In this document: positions 26,362 to 37,281 of the stretch, one piece after another
Layout of the letters: the number at the start of each line of letters is the position of its first letter
How positions within the stretch are numbered: the stretch's first letter is position 1
Origin: a bacterium
Lineage (GTDB): Bacteria; Bacteroidota; Ignavibacteria; Palsa-1295
Reading direction: 5' to 3'
DNA: 64,000 nt
NCBI GenBank assembly: GCA_037143335.1
Contig: JBAWZA010000013.1
Location: 9,208 to 73,207 of the forward strand
Made by a program: the position numbers and the translations under genes
The notes under the pieces: model-generated
Database searches by the model: none
What the model was told of the DNA's origin: nothing
The model's input: only the letters and a program-made list of their open reading frames with translations

Positions 26362-26525
26362 ACAAAAAATCAAATTCTCTCCCGCCGAAATGGCGAAAGA
26401 GAATTTAGCGGGGTAATAAGGATTTTGAGGGAATAATGGTTCCAATAAACGCTCTATATTGTTTAATCGAGGGTAGCCGCAGGCTTTACCCTGCAACCAG
26501 TTGGTTGGGGATTGTTAGTGGCTAA

Positions 26526-27248
26526 TTACTCCGTATCAAACAGATTATACTTTATGATGCACCGGATAGCACTAAACCCATCTTTCCAGCCGATTTTTTT
26601 GCCTTCGGCATAGGTGCGTCCGTTATAGGATATGCCTACTTCGAAAATTCGGATATTTTCTGTTTTGGATAGCTGTGCAAGTTTCGCTGTGATCTCTGGC
26701 TCAAAGCCAAATCGCTTTTCTTTTAGTTGCAACCTCTTGAGGATCGGCAGACGGATTGCTTTGTAGCATGTTTCCATATCCGTTAAGTTCAGATTGCTCA
26801 TCATGTTCGAGAGCCTCGTGAGGAATTGATTGCCGACCGAGTGCCAATAGTAGAGCACGCGGTGAGCTTCGCCTCCGACAAACCGTGAGCCAAACACCAC
26901 GTCGGCTTTATTCTCAATGATTGGTCGCAACAGTTTCGGAAATTCCTGTGGATCGTATTCAAGGTCAGCATCTTGCACAACTGCGATATCGCCAGTAGCG
27001 GCGGCAAAGCCCGTATGCAATGCCGCCCCTTTGCCTTGATTGCGCTCGTGCGAAAATATTTTGACTTGAGGATGATTGCGAAAAATTTCGAGAGATGCCA
27101 ACGTCTTATCACTCGAGGCATCATTGACAATGATGAGTTCGGTTTCGAGTCCCATCCCTGAAAGGTCAACACTCAAAACAGTTCGCACCAATTCTTGAAC
27201 GGAACGCTCTTCGTTGTAAACCGGGATAATTACGGATAATAATTTCAT
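26526..27248 (-). CDS. family 2 glycosyltransferase (polyprenol-phosphate sugar synthase-like)
   Basis: [14 protein letters not shown]...[12 protein letters not shown] and [10 protein letters not shown] motifs. Confidence 0.8.
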   Translation of the reverse strand: MKLLSVIIPVYNEERSVQELVRTVLSVDLSGMGLETELIIVNDASSDKTLASLEIFRNHPQVKIFSHERNQGKGAALHTGFAAATGDIAVVQDADLEYDPQEFPKLLRPIIENKADVVFGSRFVGGEAHRVLYYWHSVGNQFLTRLSNMMSNLNLTDMETCYKAIRLPILKRLQLKEKRFGFEPEITAKLAQLSKTENIRIFEVGISYNGRTYAEGKKIGWKDGFSAIRCIIKYNLFDTE

Positions 27249-27320
27249 GTGTGTAACGGGGATAAACAGCGAGCGTGGAAGTTCTGTTGCCCAAGGGGCA
27301 CTTCAGGTGCCAGATTGGAA

Positions 27321-29744
27321 TTACGCTTTTGTTTTCTTCGATCTCTGTGAAAGCAGTGCAATAATGCAGCCGATGATTGAGCTAAAAGTTATCTGCATAC
27401 CCAAAGCAAAAGTTGCTGGTTGAAATTGGAATTCAACTTTAGCATTCCCCGCTGGCACTATGATTGCTTGTTGTGCGTAATTCGCTCGATAGATTTTTGT
27501 CTCAATGTCATTGACGTAACATTTCCATCCAGGGTAGTAGGTGTCGGTGAAGATGAGATAACAGACTGAATCAGTTCGCATTGAAATCAGAATATTTTCA
27601 GGCTCTGATTTTTCTACCGTGAGATGTGCATTCGTATAATCTCCATGCAATATCGAATCACCCTCATTCAATAGGAGACTTGCACCGAGGTTTGAGGTGT
27701 CAAGTAATCCTGAGTAAAGCAAAGTATCGGATTTGACGACAGTTGCATTAGATGCGAAATAGAATCGCGGCTTGTAGAAGCTGTTTTCGTAGATGTGCAT
27801 TCCTCCATCTTCAAAGACTAACTTTGCATCTGATGAAGCAATGCTCCTCGATTTGGTGACGATATATTTTACACTTGCCAGACCTAACAATCGTAAATTT
27901 ATGGAGTCCTTCGGAACGTGTCGTTTGTAAAAGACGGACATCGAAGCTGGTGTCAGACTTTCGAACGCATGAAGATCGGAGATATGAAAGATGTTCGCGG
28001 AGTTGGCCACAAGAATCATTTTATCAACACGATCATCAGCCCACACTACGTAACGTGTGTCTGCCGAATGTGTTTGTAAAAAATTTACGATTGAATTAGT
28101 CGGATAAATTGGGAAAGTCGTTTTGTCAAGTAATGGAAACCATGACCAGATGAATACAAGAAGTTGAATGCTGGTAGAAACGCAGACAATCAGAAGGAGT
28201 CGCTTTTGTGAAATAGAATTCTTGTAGTAAAGCCGGATAGCTACAAGAATGGGAATTGCTGCAACAATCGGAATCCAAAGTTCAAGGCTCCACAGAGAGT
28301 AGTAGTGCAGTGTCTTCTCGACCCTGCCAGTCATCCAACTTTCATTGCCAATGCCGAACGACGATTCCTTGATCTTCGAGGTAACCATCGTCGTTAACTT
28401 CTGCGATAGTGTGTCATGAAAAAATATTACGGCAGTGCAGATTCCTACAAGTCCGATGATGAAGGATGCAAATACTATATTGATTCGATTGACGATATTT
28501 CTGCGCGCGTTGCGAAATGTTTCGCTCCCGATAAACTGCTGAAACATCACTGCACCAATTACGCTCAGCGAAAAACTTGCAACGATGAAGTAGCGATGAT
28601 AGAGAACCGAGTAGAGGGGAGTGAAAATCGGCGATGCAATTGATAAAATTGCAAGAATAATAAATGGCCGAAGCTCGCGATTCTTCCAAAAACTAAAACA
28701 GCCCCACACTCCAAACAGGGTTGGAAGAAATGTGAGCGCACCGTTGAAATTGATAACATCTGCTCCCGCGATATTCTTGAGTCCGAAAATTTGCGGTCCG
28801 CCAGCGAGTCCGGGGAAAAAGAAAATAGAGAGAAGGGGAATTGAAAGTAATCGCTGAACGATTGAGTATCCTTGATAGACAGATGAGGAGTTCAGAGAGC
28901 CACCGTGAAATAGAACAGTATAAAATAATTCGCCCACAGGCAACCACATGAATGCTGATAGTGCGAACGACCAAACGCCTACTACAATAAGAAGCAATAT
29001 TCGCTTCGCAAGGGACTTTGGATTCGCTGATGGGGAGAAGAAAAATAATACTGCTACGATTATCGCAGCAAAAAAGCTTGTCTGAAAATTTCCGCCTAAG
29101 AATGACAGTGCAAGAAAAATCGCTGTGAAGTACAGGTTCTTCCTACCGTTACCGTCGAAGTACCGAAAGATCATAAGCACAGAATACGGCATCCAACAAA
29201 ACGCAGCGATAATCCAGCGATACTCAGCATTCGTAATAAATAAACTGTTGAGCATGTAGGCCGAAGAAAATATTGCAGCAATCATCGGCGAAATTTTGAA
29301 ATGCTTCAGTAGCAACACCATCCCAAACCCAGCAATGAGAAGTTCAAGCAGGGTTTGTATGAGGATGGTATCGGCGGCGCTAAAGATGAGCAACAGAAAA
29401 TTCAGCGGGTCATAATTATTCGCCATCGTCTCGGCATACTGTGGGTAGCCACCGAGGATGTAGGGGTTCCAATACGATAGTCTTCCGCGTTGAAGCGCTT
29501 CTTGAGTTTGAATCTTATAAGGATAAGTTTGCAAGAGTCCGTCGGCAAGATAGTGGTTCTCGGCTTGTGGTGTGCCGTAGTGTCCACTGTAAGGAAGCGT
29601 CATCGTATCAATCATGTCCGATGGCAGGAAAGTCCGACCACCGAAAATGTAAGGATAAAAAGCTACGAGCAACAGCCCGACCAAGAATGCCGTCAGCTTA
29701 AGTAGCGGATAGTTTTGAGTATTATTCGCTTCGCTTTTTGTCAC
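27321..29744 (-). CDS. YfhO-like GT-C family polytopic membrane protein (paralogue B)
   Basis: About 14 TM segments followed by a soluble C-terminal domain. The N-terminal block FYPYIFGGRTFLPSD...YWNPYILGGYPQYAE is present. The family call is from memory of YfhO-type proteins. Confidence 0.55.
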   Translation of the reverse strand: MTKSEANNTQNYPLLKLTAFLVGLLLVAFYPYIFGGRTFLPSDMIDTMTLPYSGHYGTPQAENHYLADGLLQTYPYKIQTQEALQRGRLSYWNPYILGGYPQYAETMANNYDPLNFLLLIFSAADTILIQTLLELLIAGFGMVLLLKHFKISPMIAAIFSSAYMLNSLFITNAEYRWIIAAFCWMPYSVLMIFRYFDGNGRKNLYFTAIFLALSFLGGNFQTSFFAAIIVAVLFFFSPSANPKSLAKRILLLIVVGVWSFALSAFMWLPVGELFYTVLFHGGSLNSSSVYQGYSIVQRLLSIPLLSIFFFPGLAGGPQIFGLKNIAGADVINFNGALTFLPTLFGVWGCFSFWKNRELRPFIILAILSIASPIFTPLYSVLYHRYFIVASFSLSVIGAVMFQQFIGSETFRNARRNIVNRINIVFASFIIGLVGICTAVIFFHDTLSQKLTTMVTSKIKESSFGIGNESWMTGRVEKTLHYYSLWSLELWIPIVAAIPILVAIRLYYKNSISQKRLLLIVCVSTSIQLLVFIWSWFPLLDKTTFPIYPTNSIVNFLQTHSADTRYVVWADDRVDKMILVANSANIFHISDLHAFESLTPASMSVFYKRHVPKDSINLRLLGLASVKYIVTKSRSIASSDAKLVFEDGGMHIYENSFYKPRFYFASNATVVKSDTLLYSGLLDTSNLGASLLLNEGDSILHGDYTNAHLTVEKSEPENILISMRTDSVCYLIFTDTYYPGWKCYVNDIETKIYRANYAQQAIIVPAGNAKVEFQFQPATFALGMQITFSSIIGCIIALLSQRSKKTKA

Positions 29745-32184
29745 CGTTGAAACTTCTCCCTGATCTGAATTTCAGAAAAAACAATGCAATAATGAATAAC
29801 GAAATGCTTACCAAACTCACTTGCACGCCAGCTTTGTAAATTGGTGGATCAAAAATGAAAACGATGTTTGATTCACCCGCTTTTAATGGCACACCCCTCA
29901 TGCAATAATTTGTTTCGTAAATTTTCGTCTCAACTCCGTTCACTCTGCACATCCAACCTGGATAATATGTGTCGGTAAGGACGAGGACGCATGGAGAAGA
30001 GTTTGTAGCGTGTAACGAAATTTCGTTATCAGAGGCATGCACGATCTGCACATCGTCAGCGCCCGCAGTCAAGACATTTCCATACGTAGGTGCATCGCTA
30101 ACATTGAATAATGCAGTTGAACCATCGAAGCGATCATCAAGTAAGTTCTGCAATACTGAGCTGTCGTTCGGTAACACTTTTGTTTGGTAGCAAAGATAAG
30201 CTCGCGGTTTGCAAAACATATTCTCGTAGATCGTCATCCCATCAGACGTAAACTCTCGTCGTAGATATGTTGTATCTACTGGGTGTTTATTGATGAGGAT
30301 ATGCTTCACATTCATTAACCCTAATAACCTTAGATTCACTGTGTCTGGTCTTGAATGAGCATCTGAGACAAGTAGCATCGAACGATTGGTTATGCTTTCA
30401 TAACCATGATAATCAAATATGTCATAAACGTTCGAAGCATTTGATGTGAAGAGATATGGGTCACTCTTTAAATCGCGCCAAGTTGAATACTTGCTATGTG
30501 TAGTATCACGTTGTAGGAAATCTGTGATTTCATTCTTCGGATAAATCGGAAATTGTTTCTGATCAATTGCAGGCAACCAGCCTGATGTAAATGCGATTAA
30601 TTCAGCTGAAGTCGTGACGCCGAGAATAAGGAGTAATTTTGACCGAGTTAATTTCTCTCGCTTGAAGAGATTTAGTGAAAGTAGCGAGATGAATGCTCCC
30701 AAAAGTGGAACCCACAGCATAATTGAGAATGAAGAATAATATTGAAGCGTCTTTTCAACCCGTCCGAGCATCCACGATTCATTATCTGTTCCAAAAGCAG
30801 AACTTGCAATGCCGGGCGCAATCAGCAACGTTAGTTTCTTCTGTGCAAGATCATGATTCATTGATAAAAATATCCAAATACCGACGACTGCGATCACCAG
30901 CGCGTCGAATGAATATTGTAGGATGCGAAAATACTTTGTAAACCAAGTTGAGTTAAAAGATTCGCGTAAGAGCGATTCTAATGTTGCAGCTCCGATAACT
31001 GCGAACGCGAACGAAGCAACAATAAAAAAGCGGTGATAAAGAAAAGCGAAAAGTGGAGTTGCAATTGGCAGTAACACCCCACAAGCCGCAATAACAATAA
31101 ATGGGCGAACAGTTTTATTCTTCCAGAGATAGAAGCATCCGAAGAGTGCAAACACAATCGGAATGAAACCAATAGCGCCGTTAAAATACATGACATCAAG
31201 CCCGACAATTTTGCGAAGGTTATATGACTGCGCACTTCCTGGCAGTCCTGGGAGTGCAAAGGTGATGAGAAACATTGGTATCGAGATCAGTCGCTGAATC
31301 AGTGTGTAGTCAACCCCTGCGTACGAAGCATTAAACCTTCCGCCATGGAAGAGTGCATGAAAAAATAATTCAAGACTCGGAAACCACATGATCGCTGAGA
31401 GTGCGAAGGCGGCAACTCCGATAAATGCGACTGATCGTAATCGTACAAGGAATGCGGGCTTAGCTCCAGCATTCGGATACATCAAAAAGATGATTACGAG
31501 TATGAATGCTGCATAGAATGCTGTTTGGAATGTACCTCCAAAAAAAAGTAGAGCGAGGAAGAGAGAAGCGTGAAGCAAATCAGAAAATCGTTTGTGTGAA
31601 AAATATCTCATGCTCATCAACACGACAAACGGCATCCAACACATCGCTGCAAGAATGGAGCGATTATGCGCGGTCGTGATAAAGAGGCCATTGAGCATGT
31701 AGCCAACCGAGAAAATAAAATTTACTCCGCGCGATACGCCGACGAATCGGAGCAAATAAATCATCCCGATACCCGCAATAAGCAATTCAAGAATTGTTTG
31801 CCAATGGATTACCGTAACTGGATCAAACCAGAGGAGCAAGATATTGAGGGGATCAAAATTATTTGCTAATGATTCGGCATACTGTGGATAGCCGCCCAAA
31901 ATGTGAGGATTCCAGTACGCTAGCTCCCCGTTACGTAGTCCCTGTTGAGTGAGTAATTTATAAGGATAAGTCTGCGCAAGTCCATCGAAGATATAATGAT
32001 TTTGTACTTGGGGAGGAGTAAATTCCGATTTGTACGGAGCAGTGAGCGTATCAAAAAGATCGGAAGGAAGAAATGTTTTATCTCCAAAAATATATGGAAA
32101 GAAAGCAATGCCAAGAACAACCACCAAAGCGGCATGAAGCCACCAAACCTTATACCGTTGGAATTGAAGGGCAGAGCTGATCAC
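29722..32184 (-). CDS. YfhO-like GT-C family polytopic membrane protein (paralogue A)
   Basis: Clear paralogue of 27321-29744 (FFPYIFGDKTFLPSD...YWNPHILGGYPQYAE). The GTG start overlaps the accC stop. Confidence 0.55.
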   Translation of the reverse strand: MISSALQFQRYKVWWLHAALVVVLGIAFFPYIFGDKTFLPSDLFDTLTAPYKSEFTPPQVQNHYIFDGLAQTYPYKLLTQQGLRNGELAYWNPHILGGYPQYAESLANNFDPLNILLLWFDPVTVIHWQTILELLIAGIGMIYLLRFVGVSRGVNFIFSVGYMLNGLFITTAHNRSILAAMCWMPFVVLMSMRYFSHKRFSDLLHASLFLALLFFGGTFQTAFYAAFILVIIFLMYPNAGAKPAFLVRLRSVAFIGVAAFALSAIMWFPSLELFFHALFHGGRFNASYAGVDYTLIQRLISIPMFLITFALPGLPGSAQSYNLRKIVGLDVMYFNGAIGFIPIVFALFGCFYLWKNKTVRPFIVIAACGVLLPIATPLFAFLYHRFFIVASFAFAVIGAATLESLLRESFNSTWFTKYFRILQYSFDALVIAVVGIWIFLSMNHDLAQKKLTLLIAPGIASSAFGTDNESWMLGRVEKTLQYYSSFSIMLWVPLLGAFISLLSLNLFKREKLTRSKLLLILGVTTSAELIAFTSGWLPAIDQKQFPIYPKNEITDFLQRDTTHSKYSTWRDLKSDPYLFTSNASNVYDIFDYHGYESITNRSMLLVSDAHSRPDTVNLRLLGLMNVKHILINKHPVDTTYLRREFTSDGMTIYENMFCKPRAYLCYQTKVLPNDSSVLQNLLDDRFDGSTALFNVSDAPTYGNVLTAGADDVQIVHASDNEISLHATNSSPCVLVLTDTYYPGWMCRVNGVETKIYETNYCMRGVPLKAGESNIVFIFDPPIYKAGVQVSLVSISLFIIALFFLKFRSGRSFNGDKKRSE

Positions 32185-33647
32185 GATTTTTCCGAACCAA
32201 CAAAAAGTATTCGCTCTTTTTTAGCCGCAATAAATTTGCCGACATTGAGAAATGCCGGAGTTGCATTGTTCATGTGTTGTTCATAAAGCGAGTTCTTTAT
32301 CTCGGAAGTAAATTCTTCCTCAACAAACTTTGTCGAGAGTCTTCCTTCCGTGAAAGTATTATTATCCATCACAAAACTTGCGAATGGAATAGTGGTTGAA
32401 ACACCGACGATTCGCATTTCACCAAGAGCACGTTTCATCTTTGCGATTGCATGTTCACGATTGTTATCCCAAACAACTAACTTCGCAAGTAATGAATCGT
32501 AGTAGCCCGATACTTCAAGCCCAGCGAAGAGTGCGCTATCGTTGCGAACGAAAGCTCCACCTGAATGTCTGACAAATGAAACAGTGCCGAGACTCGGCAG
32601 AAAATCATTCCATACATCTTCCGCTTGGATGCGAACTTCGATGGAGTGACCGCGCGAGACAATATCTTTCTGCTTCATCCGAAGTGCATTGCCTTCGGCG
32701 ATACTGAATTGCTCGCGTACCAAATCTAAGCCCGTACAGAATTCTGTAACTGGATGCTCAACTTGCAATCTGGTATTGACTTCGAGAAAATAAAACTTAC
32801 CACTCTCATCAACCAAGAACTCTACTGTGCCAGCGCCTTCATATTTCGCTTCTCGGATGAGCGAGACAGCGGCTTCGCCCATTTCCTTGCGCATTGCATC
32901 CGTTAAGACTACCGAAGGCGATTCTTCGACAAGTTTTTGATTTCGTCGTTGTACAGAGCACTCACGCTCACCAAGATGAATAATATTTCCCCTTGAATCT
33001 GCGAGGATTTGGAATTCGATATGTCGCGGACGAGTGATATATTTTTCGATATATACACGATCATCATTGAATGAACTCAGTGCTTCGCTCTTTGCGCGGA
33101 GCAATGCTTCTTCAATTCCACTTTCAGATTCCACGATTCGCATTCCCTTGCCTCCGCCACCAGCGGCGGCTTTGAGCATGACCGGATATCCGATCTGTGC
33201 GGCAATGTTCTTTGCTTCGGAAGCATCTTTGAGTGCCTTTGTTGTTCCTCCTGGAGTCGGGACACCGAGTTTCTTTGCGAGCGTTCGGGCCTTTGTCTTA
33301 TCACCAAGGAGATCAATGGCTTCAGGCGTGGGACCGATAAATTTTATTCCCGCATTCTGACATGCTTCAGAAAAATGTGCATTCTCCGACAAAAATCCAT
33401 AGCCTGGATGGACTGCGTCTGCCCCAGTTTTTTTTGCAATTGCAAGAATTTGTTCACTGTCAAGGTATGATTCTTTCGGTGTATTTCCAGCAAGTTTGTA
33501 TGTGTGACTCGCTGCGCGTGCATAGAGCGCTGTTGCATCATGTGGCGAAGCAACAGCTATGCTTTGGTAGCCACATTCATGCGCAGAGCGAATCACGCGA
33601 AGCGCGATCTCGGAACGGTTCGCAATAAGTATTTTTTTAAATTGCAT
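32181..33647 (-). CDS. accC: biotin carboxylase (acetyl-CoA carboxylase subunit or related biotin-dependent carboxylase)
   Basis: KILIANRSEIALRVIR, HPGYGFLSEN, KAAAGGGGKGMR and ERECSVQRRNQK motifs. Confidence 0.8.
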   Translation of the reverse strand: MQFKKILIANRSEIALRVIRSAHECGYQSIAVASPHDATALYARAASHTYKLAGNTPKESYLDSEQILAIAKKTGADAVHPGYGFLSENAHFSEACQNAGIKFIGPTPEAIDLLGDKTKARTLAKKLGVPTPGGTTKALKDASEAKNIAAQIGYPVMLKAAAGGGGKGMRIVESESGIEEALLRAKSEALSSFNDDRVYIEKYITRPRHIEFQILADSRGNIIHLGERECSVQRRNQKLVEESPSVVLTDAMRKEMGEAAVSLIREAKYEGAGTVEFLVDESGKFYFLEVNTRLQVEHPVTEFCTGLDLVREQFSIAEGNALRMKQKDIVSRGHSIEVRIQAEDVWNDFLPSLGTVSFVRHSGGAFVRNDSALFAGLEVSGYYDSLLAKLVVWDNNREHAIAKMKRALGEMRIVGVSTTIPFASFVMDNNTFTEGRLSTKFVEEEFTSEIKNSLYEQHMNNATPAFLNVGKFIAAKKERILFVGSEKS

Positions 33648-33649
33648 CT

Positions 33650-36166
33650 TTATTTCAACTCTACAATTGTTACTCCCATTCCACCATCTGTGCGATCAGC
33701 AAATTTAAATGTTGCGACATCTGGATTATTCTTCAGCGATTGCTGAATTCTCCGCCCAAGAGCGCCAGAGCCTGTGCCGTGCAATATCTCTACCTTCGCT
33801 GCACCACGAGCAACCGCGGTAGCGAGAAATTTTTCGACTTCAACGACTCCTTCATCGCCGTATTTGCCGCGAAGATCAATGCGAGGAGAGAACGCATCCT
33901 CGAAGAATGTGCCGAATTGCTTAATCTTCCGATCTTCAATTCGCGCTTCGGCATTCGAGATGACTTCGAGTTGGTCAAACTTTGCCTTCATCTTCATCAT
34001 GCCGAACGCAACTTCAACTTCATTTCCCTTTATGCTCACCACTTCGCCAACTTGCGTAGGATTTGATCGGAGCTTTACCTTTGCTCCCATCTTAAACTCT
34101 TCGTGCGGTTCAATCGTCGGCGCATTTACTGTTTTATTCTCCGCGACTTCTTTCTCGATGCTCTTAAGTTCTTCTCGTTGTTTTATGCGAAGCGCGGAAA
34201 GCTCGGCTTGTTTCTCGACGGTGCGATCACCGCCTGAAGCCGCTTCGCGGGCTTCGCGAATGGCGCGTTCAACGAAGCTGTTAGCTCTCGAGAGAAGTGC
34301 ATCTGCTTCGTTGGATGCCGCAGAGAGAATGCTTTTTTTCTGAGTCGATAATTCTTCCGCTAATCTTTCGTACTCTATTCGTTCAATGCGTGAACGCCCA
34401 AGTTCTTTTTCAATCTCTGCTTTTTTTGCAGCAAGCTCTTGCTCTTTAGTATGAAGCGAATGAAGCAGTTCATCGAGTCGTGATGATTTACCGCCACTTA
34501 ATTCTCTGGCATGGGTAATTATGCGCTTTGGCAATTCATATCGCTCGGCAATATCGAAAGCATGTGATGACCCAGGAATACCCATCCGGAATCTATAGGT
34601 CGGCTTCAAATCTTCTTGACTGAATTCCATCGAGCCATTGATTGCACCTGCATAGGTTTCTCCAAATGCGGCAAGTCTGCCGAAGTGAGTGGTAGCTATT
34701 GTGAAGCCACAATTTTTTGTCAGATGCTCCAAGATACTCTCCGCCAAAGCTCCGCCTTCTTCGGGTGCTGTGCCAGAGCCGATTTCATCGAGCAATACTA
34801 CGCTATACTCATTCGCTTGCTCTAAAATATCTTTGAGCGAACGAATGTGTGAGCTAAAAGTCGAGAGATCATCAGCGATGGATTGCGAATCCCCGATGTC
34901 CACGTAGAGTCCATCGGAAAAGGGAAGTACAGCACCAGGATTGGCAGGAATAGGCAAACCCGCATGACTCATCAAGATCAAGATGCCAACAGTTTTAAGA
35001 AGCACAGTCTTACCGCCAGCGTTTGGTCCAGTTAAAATAAGTGTGCGTTTGTCGTCATTGAGATCAAGAGAGAATGCAACAGTATTTGCTCTGCCTAATT
35101 TTGTGATGAGAAACGGATGCCGTGCTTCTCGAATTGTAATGAGATTATCCCGAACGGATTTATTTGAAGCAAGAGTTGGTGTATCCGCCTCGATCGCGAT
35201 CGCATATTTACTTTTTGCATAGATCGCTTCCAAGTGTCCGGCGATTTCAAGCGAGCGAAGAAGTTGCGGAACAGCTGAACGTAAACGGTCGGTAAGCTCT
35301 CGTAAAATTCTATCTATTTCCCGTTGCTCGGCAAACTCGAACGAGCGAATTTCATTATTGAGTTCGATTGTCTCGGTTGGCTCGATGTAGATTGTCTGGC
35401 CTGTCGCCGAGACAGTGTGGATCATACCTGCAACTTTGCGCTTATGCTCCGACTTTACAGGAATTACTGAACGACCTTCGCGTTGCGTAATAATTTCTTC
35501 TTGCAACAAATTATCTTCGCTCAATTTCCGAATGAGTGCGGATAATTTCGTCCGTAGCCTTTCGCTTGTATTGATAATATCTTTGCGGATGCGATGAAGT
35601 TCTGAGCTTGCGTTATCTTTTATTCCACCTGTTTCTTCGAACACCGAATCAAAAGCGAGTTCAATCAATCTATCTTCGAAAAGATGCACAGCCGATTTCC
35701 AGATTGCTTGTGAATCTTTCGACCGCTTAGCAAAAAAATCTCGAAGAAAACGCATCGCTCGGAGCGAGCGCAGTACGGGCAAGCCTTCGTCAGAATATAT
35801 CGTGCTTCCAGCAATCTCAACTTTATGCAAAATCATCCGAATATCCGAGAGTCCATCAAAACTTGGCGATTCACCGAATCCGACGAGCACGCGAAGTTCG
35901 TCAACTTCGGCGAAGGAGTTGAGAATGTCCTCGCGTTTAAGCTTTGGTAGCAATTCTTTTGCAAGTGCGTACCTGCCGATGGGAGAGTGTGCAAACTGCA
36001 AATGCGCAGCGAGAATCTGATCGAACTCCAATGCCTTTGCGGCGCGCCTGAATTGACGAGGAACATCTCGGAGAAATTGCTCGCGGAGTGTTTGTGTGCT
36101 GGTGGCGAAATCGAGCTGTTCAGTTTGATCTGTCATGATAAATGTGTGGGAGTCCGATTGAATCAC
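33650..36166 (-). CDS. mutS2: endonuclease MutS2
   Basis: Walker A GPNAGGKTVLLKT, a long coiled-coil, and a C-terminal Smr domain (LHGTGSGALG). Confidence 0.9.
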   Translation of the reverse strand: MIQSDSHTFIMTDQTEQLDFATSTQTLREQFLRDVPRQFRRAAKALEFDQILAAHLQFAHSPIGRYALAKELLPKLKREDILNSFAEVDELRVLVGFGESPSFDGLSDIRMILHKVEIAGSTIYSDEGLPVLRSLRAMRFLRDFFAKRSKDSQAIWKSAVHLFEDRLIELAFDSVFEETGGIKDNASSELHRIRKDIINTSERLRTKLSALIRKLSEDNLLQEEIITQREGRSVIPVKSEHKRKVAGMIHTVSATGQTIYIEPTETIELNNEIRSFEFAEQREIDRILRELTDRLRSAVPQLLRSLEIAGHLEAIYAKSKYAIAIEADTPTLASNKSVRDNLITIREARHPFLITKLGRANTVAFSLDLNDDKRTLILTGPNAGGKTVLLKTVGILILMSHAGLPIPANPGAVLPFSDGLYVDIGDSQSIADDLSTFSSHIRSLKDILEQANEYSVVLLDEIGSGTAPEEGGALAESILEHLTKNCGFTIATTHFGRLAAFGETYAGAINGSMEFSQEDLKPTYRFRMGIPGSSHAFDIAERYELPKRIITHARELSGGKSSRLDELLHSLHTKEQELAAKKAEIEKELGRSRIERIEYERLAEELSTQKKSILSAASNEADALLSRANSFVERAIREAREAASGGDRTVEKQAELSALRIKQREELKSIEKEVAENKTVNAPTIEPHEEFKMGAKVKLRSNPTQVGEVVSIKGNEVEVAFGMMKMKAKFDQLEVISNAEARIEDRKIKQFGTFFEDAFSPRIDLRGKYGDEGVVEVEKFLATAVARGAAKVEILHGTGSGALGRRIQQSLKNNPDVATFKFADRTDGGMGVTIVELK

Positions 36167-36673
36167 TTAGCGCAGAGAGTCAGCAGGCATTGTCTCGAAT
36201 ACATCGTTCGAGAGTGAAGCCACCAGAGGCTTCAGCTGAGATACGAACATCGTGCCTGAACGCAATATGATAGGATAGGTCACGGATGCATTCGCAACTT
36301 TCGGAGAAGGCATATCAAAAATGCGTAAGAATCCGAGTAAGAGTCCCAAGACAAGAATGGTGCGGATAACAGCAAAGACGAGTCCGAGAATTTTATCCGC
36401 TCCGGCAAATATTCCGCTCTTCGGTGTGAGAAATTTCCTCAAAAACTTCCCTAATATATAGATGATTATGAAGAGCACGAAAAATCCGGTAACTGGCTGA
36501 AGGAAAGTATTCCCGAAGCCAAGCATTTTGCCGAATGGAGTCGCGAAGGCAGTAGCGATGAGAATAGCGCCGATGAGTACAAATAAAGAAGCCAATATCC
36601 AGAGCGCACCCTTCTTCCAGCCGAGGTAAGCGGAGAGTACAATTAGTGCGACTATGAGAATATCTATCATCAT
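36167..36673 (-). CDS. cvpA: CvpA-family membrane protein
   Basis: Four TM helices, N-terminal IDILIVALIVLSAYLGWKKG, and a position next to mutS2. Confidence 0.7.
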   Translation of the reverse strand: MMIDILIVALIVLSAYLGWKKGALWILASLFVLIGAILIATAFATPFGKMLGFGNTFLQPVTGFFVLFIIIYILGKFLRKFLTPKSGIFAGADKILGLVFAVIRTILVLGLLLGFLRIFDMPSPKVANASVTYPIILRSGTMFVSQLKPLVASLSNDVFETMPADSLR

Positions 36674-37119
36674 GCCGATAATTTCATCTTAACAATTTCT
36701 TGCACCATTTTCCCGTCAGCTTTGCCCTTGAGTTCTTTCATCAGAACTGGTATCACCTTGTTTGTGTCGGCAGGACCGGTTGCACCTGTTTCTGCTATCA
36801 CTTCTGCGACGCGTTTCTCGACATCTTCGCGGCTCATTTGCTGAGGCAGATAAAATGAAATAACGTCAAGCTCCGCTTTTTCTTTATCGGCAAGCTCTGG
36901 GCGGTTATTGGTGCTAAATAGCTCCATCGCCTCGCGTCGCTTCTTCGCAGCAGTCATGAGGAGTTTCATTTCCTCGTCAGGAGTCATCTCGCGGTCCGCT
37001 CCACTTTTTTCGAAGTCGAGCACTAATGCACGAATGCTTCGGAGTGTTTCGATCTTGATTTTCTCGCCAGCTTTCATCGCCGCGGTAAGGTCGGTATTGA
37101 TTTGATCTTTTAATGCCAT
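36670..37119 (-). CDS. GatB/YqeY domain protein
   Basis: LKDQINTDLTAAMKAGEKIKIETLRSI ... ADGKMV pattern. Confidence 0.8.
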   Translation of the reverse strand: MALKDQINTDLTAAMKAGEKIKIETLRSIRALVLDFEKSGADREMTPDEEMKLLMTAAKKRREAMELFSTNNRPELADKEKAELDVISFYLPQQMSREDVEKRVAEVIAETGATGPADTNKVIPVLMKELKGKADGKMVQEIVKMKLSA

Positions 37120-37281
37120 GCTTGAACTTGGTTAACGCCTGCGTATTATCAAACGTATTAGTTACAAATTTACGGAAGATCGGCACGAGTATTTGTAAAC
37201 GGAGAATCTGTCGAAACCATTTATTACACCGCAGAGCACCCTAAAATGTAGTAAATTGCAGAAAATAGTTGATACCGAGTA

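Noticed and set aside
25591-26486. A shared 14-mer gtagccgcaggctt at 25591-25604 and 26473-26486, both in hairpin-capable spacers of the tRNA/rpmG cluster. It looked like a REP-like element.
   Set aside because: A rough estimate is about 4e9 position pairs on both strands divided by 4^14. That predicts on the order of ten chance 14-mer matches in 64 kb, so two copies are not significant without genome-wide counts.
25739-26496. Track ORFs 25739-25975, 25834-26037 and 26218-26496 (minus strand).
   Set aside because: They run through tRNA-Gly, tRNA-Thr and tRNA-Thr/rpmG sequence. They are artefacts of the stop-free tRNA region.
33774-34343. Long antisense ORFs inside confident genes, for example 33774-34343, 5280-5765, 12446-12979, 24575-25042, 2912-3265, 17277-17588 and 55961-56461.
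   Set aside because: They are shadow ORFs opposite or overlapping strongly supported genes (mutS2, nth, the SBP, nusG, the DUF2723 gene, the T9SS cargo, tatD). Their compositions are low-complexity or odd, with no motifs.
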